This document shows positions 54,321 to 64,000 of a DNA stretch of 64,000 nt, in pieces; positions within the stretch are counted from its first letter, which is position 1; every line of letters starts with the position of its first letter. A program made the translations under genes and the position numbers. The DNA comes from Octopus vulgaris. Its lineage: Eukaryota. The notes below the pieces were generated by a model. It made no database searches. It had not been told where the DNA came from and worked only from the letters and a program-made list of their open reading frames with translations. The stretch lies in assembly GCA_951406725.2 (NCBI GenBank), contig OX597836.1, positions 27,156,001-27,220,000 of the forward strand, in the 5' to 3' direction.

Positions 54321-54552
54321 AGAAGAACAGAGCAAAGAAGTTTCTGAGGCCATTTTATTTATCTATTTATTTATTCATGATAGGGCACAGAAGAGATTAG
54401 AAACAGAGATAAGAGATGAAGGCATGGATACATTCTTTGTTCAGGTTCTTTTTACCGATATTCTATGGAACTTAGATCCAGCACTCATTTTTGCTACAAT
54501 GTTTCGTATCAGGACATCAGATGTAAAGAGACAATGTGATCGAAGACAAAAG

Positions 54553-54618
54553 TGGGTAATGAGTGTATATGCCATATTTCGGGGTTTGTCACCCCTTCTT
54601 CAGCACTCATCTAACCCA
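54553..54618 (-). ncRNA. Type-I hammerhead ribozyme with intact core
   Basis: UGGGU uag AUGAGUG CUGAAGA A GGGGU gacaa ACCCC GAAA UAU ggc AUA UA CACUCAU u ACCCA. Confidence 0.65.
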
Positions 54619-54734
54619 TACTCACCTCTGAACACATTGCTTATACACCCACCACATACAGTGGTGTTAAGTTACTGGATATACCAATTTACACATTAGA
54701 CACCCTCATGGGGCTGATATGTAAACATTACTCT

Positions 54735-54975
54735 ATCTGCGATGATTTCATCTCAATTGAAGGAGAGGGGCTTTCTCTGTCCGGGTTGCGGATCCGTGGA
54801 ATAAGCTGCCAGATGAGATGGTGAAGATGCCGACGACCGCTTGGTTCAAAGTCTCCCTTGACCTCAAGTGGCCTGAACTCTTTACATGAACACCACCCTG
54901 TACATAACTCCATGTCCCCCTACATGGCCTTGCTTTTTGCTTTTTGAGCCAAAAAATTAACTAACTAACTAATTA
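54735..54975 (+). mobile_element. CR1-clade LINE 3' end with (TAAC)n tail
   Basis: RRGAFSVRVADPWNKLPDEMVKMPTTAWFKVSLD. Confidence 0.7.
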
Positions 54976-55691
54976 CATGGCCCCAGAAATCCCCTTTTCT
55001 CTGTTCCTCTACAAATCTTTAATATTCTTTGTTAAATATTTTCCCTTTATCTTTCATATTGAGACATGTATACCTATACCATGCATGTACCCACGATATT
55101 TATGTGCCCATGCCATAAAAATACCCACACCAGGCATGTACCCACATTAACATATACACATATTGAAGCTTGCTTCCCAACCACATGGTTCTGGTTTCAG
55201 TTCCACTGCATGGCACCTTGGGTAAGTGTCTTCTACTATAGCCCTGGTCTGACTAAAGCCTTGTGAGTGGATTTGGTAGATGGAAACTGAAAGAAGCCCA
55301 TCGTATATATACACCTTCTCCTCAACTTACAACCTATTTTACTGCACTTATGACCTCATAAAATATAAAATTAGAAAAAAATATTTTTTAAAATCGATTT
55401 TCAAACCTTGGGCAGTTGCGTGTACGATAACTATGGCCACATCTGGCAATGCAGGCCCCTCCCCTCAAAATCAGGCATCCACTGCATGCCACTGTCTCTC
55501 TCTTAGTTGCTTTCAAGCATCAGTTGTGTTTGAGCGAAAATAAAGTTGAAAAATATGTGACGTACGACCAGATTGACTTACGACCTGGCTGTAAGTCGCA
55601 GAGAAGGTGTGTATGTATGCGCATCTACGTGTGTGTGTTGTTGTGCCTATGTTTGTTCCCCCATTGCCACTTGACAACTGGTGTTGGTGTT

Positions 55692-56091
55692 TACTCATTT
55701 ACTCATTTACTTGTTTCAGTCATGTGACTGTGGCCATGCTGGAGCACTGCCTTTAGTCGAGGAGATCGACCCCAGGACTTATTCTTTGTAAGCCTAGTAC
55801 TTATTCTATCGGTCTCTTTTGCCGAACCGCTAAGTTACGGGGACATAAACACACCAGCATCGGTTGTCAAACGATGTTGGAGGGGACAAACACAACACAC
55901 AAACATACACATATATATATATACATATATACGACAGGCTTCTTTCAGTTTCCGTCTACCAAATCCACTCACAAGGCTTTGGTCAGCCCGAGGCTATAGT
56001 AGAAGACACTTGCCCAAGGTGCCACGTAGTGGGACTGAACCCGGAACCATGTGGTTTGTAAGCAAGCTACTTACCACACAGCCACTCCTGT
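55692..56091 (-). mobile_element. SINE family A nested inside an older + strand family A copy
   Basis: Interrupts gtgttggtgttt..cccctgtaacttagc of the host copy. Confidence 0.8.
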
Positions 56092-56351
56092 GTTTGCATC
56101 CCCTGTAACTTAGCAGTTTGGCAAAACAGATTGATAAAATAAGTACTGAGCTTAGAAAAGAAGTACTGGGGTCAATTTATTCGACTAAAAATTCAAGGCA
56201 GTGCCCCAGCATGGCCACAGTCTAATAACTGAAACAAGTGAAAGACAGAAGATCTACAGCATTCATGTAGCCATTTCAACATGTATCTATTCTAACACGT
56301 ACCCACACATCAACCCATATATATTAACCCACCCTCTGTTCTTCTTTACAG

Positions 56352-56500
56352 GGGCTCTAGCTATCACACACGCCAAATGGTTTCACAAGCTGGATTTTCC
56401 CCAGCCTCGCTGGCCTGTAGCATCATTCCCTTATCTGAGGTACCCCTTGGAGGAGAACCAGAGGGAAAATCGAATTGAAGAGGACAGATGTTTAGCCGAG
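56352..56500 (+). CDS. ABAT: ABAT exon (ALAITHAKWFHKLDFPQPRWPVASFPYLRYPLEENQRENRIEEDRCLAE)
   Basis: 149 nt, ag/gt; matches THSKAIHKIDIP..WPIAPFPRLKYPLEE. Confidence 0.95.
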
Positions 56501-56944
56501 GTAGGTAACATGGGGTGGAAACGGGGTGGATTGCTGCTTACGGGTTATTTTCTATTTTAGCGTTCTGTATTTCTGAGATGAGGAATTAGCATTATGCATC
56601 AGTTGAAGGCAGCAGTGAGCTGGCAGCATCATTAGCATGTTGGGCAAAATGCTTTGTGGCATTTCGTCTGTCTTTATGTTCTGAGTTCAAATTCCACTGA
56701 GGTTTCCTTTGCTTTTTATCCTTTCAGGGTTGATAAAATAAATACCAGTAAAACACTGGGGTCAATGTAATCTACTTAACCCCCTCCCTTGAAATTTCTA
56801 GCCTTGTGCCCCAAATTTGAAAGTAATATTTAAGTATTAGTTGGACTGGTGTCTTCATCTCAATTGCTGCTTTCACTGTATTTCAGTCGGTGTATGCTCC
56901 AGACATCTTCAGGTGCTGTGCAGTTCGTCTTATTGTCTTGCAGA

Positions 56945-57455
56945 TTAATCTTAACTAAATCTTAACATCTCGACCTATAAATATATCTTGACTAAGTATT
57001 AACATGTCCACCTGAAGATGTATCTTAACTAAATGTTAATATGCTCACTGAATGGTATATCTTGAGTCTTAGCATGTCCACCTAGAGACAGATCTTAACT
57101 AAATCATAACATGTCCACTTAAAACTATATTTTAAATCAATCTTAACATCATGACCTAAAGATCTATCTTAGGTAAATCATAACATCCAGTCTTAAAGAT
57201 GCATCTTAACTAAACGGTAACATGCCCACCAGCTAAAGATTTATCTTAACTAAAACTTAATATATCCTGACCTAAAGATCTATCTTAACTAAATCTTAAC
57301 TTGTCCACCTAAAGATAAGTCTCAACTACCTTCTAACATGCTTACCTAAAGATAGGTCTTATAAGAATCTTAAAATGCCCACCTGAAGTCAAATCTTAAA
57401 TCTTAGCATCACGGCCTAAAGATATATCTTAACTAAATCATAACATGTCCACTGG
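56945..57455. repeat. Degenerate ~37-bp minisatellite
   Basis: About 13 units of atcttaactaaatcttaacatgtccacctaaagat. Confidence 0.85.
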
Positions 57456-57506
57456 AATACATTAATGTCTTTAATGAATGTAACCACATCTTCTGCCTAC
57501 TCACAG

Positions 57507-57644
57507 GTCGAAGAACTGATTGAGAAGTACTCCAAGATGAAACAGCCTGTTGCCGGAATCTGTGTTGAACCAATCCAGGGTGAAGGAGGAGACAACCATG
57601 CTACACCATATTTTTTCCAAAATCTTCAGAAGATTTGCAAAAAG
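57507..57644 (+). CDS. ABAT: ABAT exon ([46 protein letters not shown])
   Basis: 138 nt; EPIQxEGGD motif. Confidence 0.96.
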
Positions 57645-58544
57645 GTTTGTATCTTATTTTGTCTGAGACTAGGTCACAGCTGCAAACAAATCATGACGAC
57701 AACGACGACAATGATGATGGTGGTGGGGGTGGTGGGGGTGGAGGTGGTGATGATGGTGGTGATGATGATGATGACATAACTGAGTAATTTAATACGTGTG
57801 TTTCAGGTTTGCATAATGTATAATAGGAAATGCATCAATTACGTAAAATCTTCCTCAGTTAAATCATTTAAAAAACATGAATTGATGCCGGTACAAACTA
57901 CTATTTATAGTTGTTTGGTCAAGTCCATTCTCACAAGGGGTGTTGTGAGTCTCGCCACAACAGAGCAACAATCTGATAGGAAGGTTTTTAATCCCAGAGA
58001 TGAGAAACAGATGGGGTATATGGAAGGTTTAGCTAGGAGATGAATGTGTCAGATAATAGATATGGCTTTTATTGAAGAAGTAGTGGTGGTTATTATGGAA
58101 GGGGAGGTATTTAAGTCATTGAATGTGGTTGCTTGTTAATGATTGTCTCTATAGGGGCAGGCATGGCTGTGTGGTAAGAAGTTGGCTTCTCAACCACATG
58201 GTTCCAGGTTCAGTTCCACTGCGTGGCACCTTGGGCAAGTGTCTTCCACCATAGCCTCAGGTCAACCAAAGCATTGTGAGTGAATTTGGTAGACGGAAAC
58301 TGAAAGAAGCCCATTGTATATGTGTGTGTGTGACTGTCTCCCCACCGTCACTGCTTGGCAACCCTCAACAATCCACTTGTGTAGATACTCTAACAACGAT
58401 TAGGGGTAGTTTATTGTATTTAATGCAAGTTGAAAATTCTGGTACCATGCACCACTTCTTACCATAATACAAAATAATATATATATATATGCTTTGGGTG
58501 TGAATGGTTTTGTTATATGTATGTATATATATATATATATATAA

Positions 58545-59046
58545 AAATTAATTGTTATTGCCATATTAATATGGCATTCTTATAGATATAAGAATAATCG
58601 CTGCCGCTGGTCAGCTCCATGAGGCCACCGCCATCAAGATAGCTATTGATACACGATCTGTATCCATTATAACCTTCGAACAAGGGAGGTCAGCCGCTTC
58701 ACACTGCCAGTCCGACAGCTACAGACGCGTTTCGGGGTATTGCCCCTTGTCAATGTAACGCAGTCAGACCCACAGGTGTCGCCACTGACATCTCTGTTCG
58801 AAGGTTTCTATTTACCTAGTTTCAGTGGAATACATCCACTTGTTTTCAATAATAGAAATATTAAAATTACTAAGTCTCTATAAAAGAGATTGCGGCAGCA
58901 TTTACTGGAAATTAATTGTTATCGCCATATTAATATGGCATTCTTATAGATATAAGAATAATTGCTGCCGCTGGTCAGCTCCATGAGGCCACCGCCATCA
59001 AGATAGCTATTGATACACGATCTGTATCCATTATAACCTTCGAACA
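58545..59046 (-). mobile_element. Retrozyme/Penelope-pLTR-like element (364-bp unit, ~137-bp terminal direct repeats) in a (TA)n tract
   Basis: 58546-58682 is repeated at 58910-59046; contains a hammerhead and many hairpins. Confidence 0.65.
58710..58769 (-). ncRNA. Minimal type-I hammerhead ribozyme, U3:A8 core variant
   Basis: GUCUGAC ugc GUUACA UUGACAA GGGG caaua CCCC GAAA CGCG UC UGUAGC u GUCGGAC. Confidence 0.7.
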
Positions 59047-59205
59047 TATATGTTGAAGAGCTTTGCATTGCATACTTTGATGTTTTTTCCCCCAAATTTT
59101 ATGTAACTACACACACACACACACATGCATGCACACACACACACACACACACACTCACACACACACACACACATTGAAATGGTTTTTACTTTTTGTATTT
59201 TAAAG

Positions 59206-59373
59206 AACCATATCAGTCTGATGTTGGACGAAGTTCAAACTGGGTGTGGTGCCACAGGAAAGTTGTGGGCCCATGAACATTTTGACCTCCCAGAACCACC
59301 AGATCTGGTCAGTTTCAGTAAGAAAATGCTGACCGGTGGATTTTACTTCAGAAGTAACCAGATGCCACATGAG
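59206..59373 (+). CDS. ABAT: ABAT exon with PLP lysine (NHISLMLDEVQTGCGATGKLWAHEHFDLPEPPDLVSFSKKMLTGGFYFRSNQMPHE)
   Basis: 168 nt; class-III aminotransferase signature DEVQTG..SKK. Confidence 0.97.
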
Positions 59374-59830
59374 GTAAGAAAAAAAAATATGACAACTTGT
59401 ATTTATCATGTTTGTTTTTCTTTTTCACTTTTGTCAATGTTGTTATTGTTGTTGTTTGTCCCTGGTGAACTCTGGTTGAGGAAATTTATAATGAGATGTA
59501 CTCCAACCATGACCACCTTCTCTTTTTTGTTTTTTTTCACATAACTGATCTTCAACACTATCACCGGTCGTAACCATCCATTTTTCTCAAGACAACATGG
59601 TAAGATCTCACAAGGGATGTTGTGAGTCTCGCTACAACAGGGTAACAATCTGATAGGAAGGTTAATAATCCCAGGGATGAGAGATGGATGTGGTACATGG
59701 AGGGTTTAGCTAGGAGAGGAGTGCGTCAGATAATAGATATGGCTTTTATTGAAGAAGTAGTGGTGGTCATTATGGAAGGGGAGGTATCTAAGTAATTGAA
59801 TGTGGTTGTTTGTTAATGATTGTCTCTATA

Positions 59831-59994
59831 GGTGCAGGCATAGCTGTGAGGTAAGAAACTTGCTTCTCAACCACATGGTTCCAGGTTCAGTCCCACTGCG
59901 TGGCAACTTGGGCAAGTGTCTTCTGCTATAACCTCGGGCTGACCAAAGCCTTGTGAGTGAATTTGGTAGACGGAAACTGAAAGAAGCCTGTTGA

Positions 59995-60041
<47 letters not shown>

Positions 60042-60331
60042 TGTGTGAGTGTGTGTATGTGTGTGTGTGTGTATGTGTGTGTGTGAGTGTGTGTATGTGA
60101 GTGTGTGTGTGTGTCTGTGTTTGTCCCCCTCCAACACTTGACAACCGGTGCTGGTGTGTTTACCTCCCCATGACTTAGCAGTCTAGCAAAAAGTGACTGA
60201 TAGAATAAGTACTAGGCTAACAAAGAATAAGTCCTGGGGTCGATTTGTTTAACTAAAAACTGTTCAAGTTTGTGCCCCAGCATGGTCGCAGCCAAATGAC
60301 TGCAACAAATAAAAGGGTAAAAGTAAAAAGA
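59831..60331 (+). mobile_element. SINE family A
   Basis: Consensus match with an expanded (TG)n. Confidence 0.8.
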
Positions 60332-61384
60332 TGAATATCAGCTATGAGATGCTGAAGGGGGCAGCGACTGGCCAGTGGTTGGCTGTGTCTGAGGGGATGG
60401 TTTGTTTGAAGAGCTGACCTTGATGAGGGGCTGCTCTGACTGAGGGGCTACCTAGGATGTGAGGGTGCCTTGAAAGAGGGGTTGTCCTGGCCGAAAGGTT
60501 GATATGCCTGATGGGGTTGTCCTGGCTGAAGGGCTGTTCTTCTTGAAGATGGGATTCTAGTTTTCCAGGAGAGAAAGACTGAAGAGTGGGGCAAGAATAG
60601 CTGTGAGGGCCATGGAAGGAATTTTTGTCAGTGCTATATATACATAATCATAAACACACACACATAAACATATATACACATAAATGCACACAAACACACA
60701 TATGCACACACATACACACACACACAAACATACACAAACACATACTAACATACATAAACACAAACATACACATACACATGAATACACTCATAAACGCACA
60801 CACACACATACACATAAACATACACAAACACACACACACACATACGTGCACACACATCCTCACAAGCACACACCGACATACAAAAACACGCAAACATACA
60901 TAAAGACAGATAGGCACACAAGCACACACATACACAGGAACACACAAATGCACACATACACACACAAACATACACGCTCAAGCACATACACATACAAACA
61001 TACACAAACACATACACACACAAATACACTTACACACACACACACTGAAGCACATACACAGAAGCACATACACACAAATACACATTTGCACACACATACA
61101 CACACAAATATACCCAAGCACACACACACACAAACACAAACACACACATGCAAATACACGTGCATGCACACACACACACACACACTCAAGCACGCACACA
61201 CACACACACACACAAACATACACGCTCAAGCACATACACACACAAACATACACAAACACATACACACACAAATACATGCATACACACACACACACACTCA
61301 AGCACGCACGCATGCACGCACACACACACACACACCCATTGCCATGTACCCTTTCAAGTGCCCTATTATTAACTCTCTTTGTAG

Positions 61385-61531
61385 GCTGGCCGTATTTTCA
61401 ACACGTGGGTTGGTGACCCTGCCAAAGTGATCCAGTTGGAAGCCGTCTCCAAGGTAATCAAAGAGGACAACCTCTTGAGTCTGGTTCGGGAGACAGGTAG
61501 ATACATGCTGGCCTCTCTCGAAGATGCTCAG
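61385..61531 (+). CDS. ABAT: ABAT exon (AGRIFNTWVGDPAKVIQLEAVSKVIKEDNLLSLVRETGRYMLASLEDAQ)
   Basis: 147 nt; RIFNTWxGDP motif. Confidence 0.96.
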
Positions 61532-62374
61532 GTAAACAACATTCTTTTAATGCTGCTTGTTGTTGTTGTTGTTTTTTTGTTGTTGTTTAACCCTGGGTCA
61601 GAGCAGATACAACCAGATCCACGATAAAAGACATTCCAGCTGTGACCACCCATTCGTTTCAGGAGTATGTACAGCTACCTTATTTCCTTATTTAACTCTT
61701 CAGATAAGGCCAGTTTAATCTGGCCAGATCCGGCTCAACTATTCCTTTGTGTTTTATGCTCAAACTAGCCAGATCCAGCCTCTCACACCTACCCTACAAT
61801 GTCATTCTAAAAATAAACAATCACATCATTGAAATCTCAAAGCTATGCAAGATTAATACCATAGAATGTGAATAGATTAAGGATTACATTTGATAGAATA
61901 ATCTGAATGCTAAAGGGTTAATATTATAAGATGTGATTCAAAGAAGACTTAGCTGTTATTTCTGGCTCACCAAGTGACCATGTAGATACACAGTTGCTAT
62001 TTGCTCTTTCACTATGCTCATTGCTATAGCTGTTGGTTGTTGTTTGGCCCCCAGATCAACTCTGAGCAGATCTATAGCCAAAGGCATTCCAACCACGACC
62101 ACCCTATCCTTTTCTTGGGTATTTCATACCTGTGACTACATTATCCAATGTGTCCCTTTCTTTTCAAGACGTTATTGAGTACTTAAAAAGAAAACTGGCT
62201 GTTATTTCTAGGAGGTTGAGCGACCATATATATCAATCTTCCTCTTGGTCACATGATCATTTTTTTAACCCTAGGTCAGCCTTGATCCAACTGACTGATG
62301 ACCAACTGCTTTTATTTTAGAAAATTATTATTTTTAAATCTCTCAACGAGAGATATTCAGCAACTGTACTTTGG

Positions 62375-62911
62375 AGTAAAGATTGTTTGCCAACATAAGA
62401 TGGCAGTCTTGGTTTAGGACGAATGTTGCAGTAATTTAGTCCCAGGAAACATGGTCCCTAGCTGGCTGTACGACTGGCTACAGATGTATCCTTATATTTT
62501 CGAACAAGGGAATCTAGCACCCCAACTCAGCTCAAAACAATATCTGTGTATAGCAATTTCCAGGTTCTTTTCCTGTGTAACCCAGAAATCATGATACACG
62601 TATTTCTTTATTGCCCACAAGGAGCTAAACATAGAGGGGACAAACAGGGACAGATAAAGGGTTTAAGTCGATTACATCGATCCCAGTGCGTAACCGGTAC
62701 TTATTTAATTGACCCCCGAAAGGATGAAAGGCAAAGTTGACCACAGATATTGTTTTGAGTTGAGTGGGGGTGCTAGATTCCCTTGTTCGAAAATATAAGG
62801 ACACAGATCGTGTTGTATAGCCAGATGGAGACGATGTCTTCTGGGGCTAAATTACAGCTACATTCATCCTAAACCAGGACTGCCATGTTATGTTGGCAAA
62901 CAATCTTTACT
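62375..62911. repeat. ~170-bp inverted repeat around a family B SINE fragment
   Basis: 62375-62548 is the approximate reverse complement of 62742-62911. Confidence 0.8.
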
Positions 62912-62970
62912 GCTTTATTTTCATGTTCTTTTTTTTTATCAGACATAGTGTGTCTTAGACTACATTGTCT

Positions 62971-63010
<40 letters not shown>

Positions 63011-63286
63011 GTCGTTTAACATCCGTTTTCCGCACTAGCATGGGTTGGACGGTTCGACCGGGGTCTGGGAAGCCAGGGGCTGCACCAGGCTCCAGTCTGA
63101 TCTGGCAGTGTTTCTACAGCTGGATGCCCTTCCTAACGCCAACCACTCCGCGAGTGTAGTGGGTGCTTTTTACGTGCCACCTGCACAGGTGCCAGGGGAG
63201 TCCTGCGTCGGCCACGATCGGTTGGTGCTTTTCTATTATATTTTCACATTTGAAAGTTAAAATGTTGTTGTTTATTATTTTCCCAG

Positions 63287-63398
63287 CGGAAGTACCCGGG
63301 TATTTTAAGCCGAGCCCGAGGTCTTGGAACCTATGTTGCCATTGATTTCAAAGACAGTGCCACTCGAGATGCTTTCATCCAAAATGCAAGATTAAAAG
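63287..63398 (+). CDS. ABAT: ABAT penultimate exon (RKYPGILSRARGLGTYVAIDFKDSATRDAFIQNARLK)
   Basis: 112 nt; matches ARYPQFISRVRGRGTF..ARNKG. The final exon lies beyond the window. Confidence 0.94.
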
Positions 63399-63502
63399 GT
63401 AAACTTTCTGCTTATGAAAAATCGATAATTCTTCTTCTCACCTCTCTATATTCCTTATTTTTGCTATTGTTTTTTGTTCTTGCTGTTGTTGTTGCTGCTG
63501 CT

Positions 63503-63870
63503 GTGAGTGAGCGAATGGTCTTCATCCCAGAGCTTGCAAGATGGGAGAAGTCCGAAACGTGGTCCTTTGCTATTCGTAAGACCCGCAGAAGAGAAAGCAG
63601 ATCAACCCCCGACACCGAGAGCATCGACGGATGGATGAATGCGCATCCAGGCTCAGCGGTTGCGTAGGAAGTCGGGGACAAGAAACAGAAAAAGTGAGAG
63701 AAAGTTGGAGCGAAAGAGTACAACAGGGGTCACCACCACCCCTTGCTGGAGCCTTATGAAGCTTTAGGTGTTTTTGCTCAATAAACACACACAACACCCG
63801 GTCTGGGAATTGAAACTGCAATCCTCTGACCGCGAGTCCGCTGCCCTAACCATTGGGCCATTGTGCCTCC
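63503..63870 (-). mobile_element. Family D-headed SINE with an alternative 3' tail
   Basis: Head and core similar to 51039-51230; 3' region unrelated. Confidence 0.7.
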
Positions 63871-63876
63871 ACTTGC

Positions 63877-63911
<35 letters not shown>

Positions 63912-64000
63912 CTGCTGCTGTGATTGTTGTTGCCGCTGTTCTTGCTGTCACTGTTATTGTTGTTGTTGTTATTCTGCTGCCATTGTTGTTTTTGTTGTTG

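Noticed and set aside
56874-56916. Minus-strand CUGAAGA..GAAA motif as an active ribozyme
   Set aside because: Lacks the UH cleavage site; counted only as a relic.
56945-57455. CRISPR-like periodicity
   Set aside because: No unique spacers; eukaryotic minisatellite.

Overview
AT-rich, microsatellite-saturated animal genomic DNA. The SINE families and simple-repeat load look like Octopus/coleoid cephalopod; that assignment is inference. The main gene is 4-aminobutyrate (GABA) aminotransferase, ABAT, on the + strand. Twelve coding exons from 21743 to 63398 splice in frame with GT-AG sites and include the CGxC [2Fe-2S] motif, FHGRT, EPIQxEGG, DEVQTG and the PLP lysine in SFSKK; the last exon lies beyond the window. 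Introns and upstream DNA hold several tRNA-derived SINE families, a decayed Tigger/pogo transposase, an R4/Dong-type LINE end in (TAA)n, CR1 ends, a mariner remnant, a Penelope-like GIY-YIG remnant and several MITEs. The most notable unexplained signal is about ten minimal type-I hammerhead ribozyme motifs from several repeat families. One has an intact core in the sense strand of ABAT intron 1 (29021-29106). Another is a U3:A8 compensatory-core variant inside a highly structured 364-bp partial-tandem unit (58545-59046) resembling a non-LTR retrozyme or Penelope pLTR. Almost all long ORFs in the supplied track are microsatellite artefacts.
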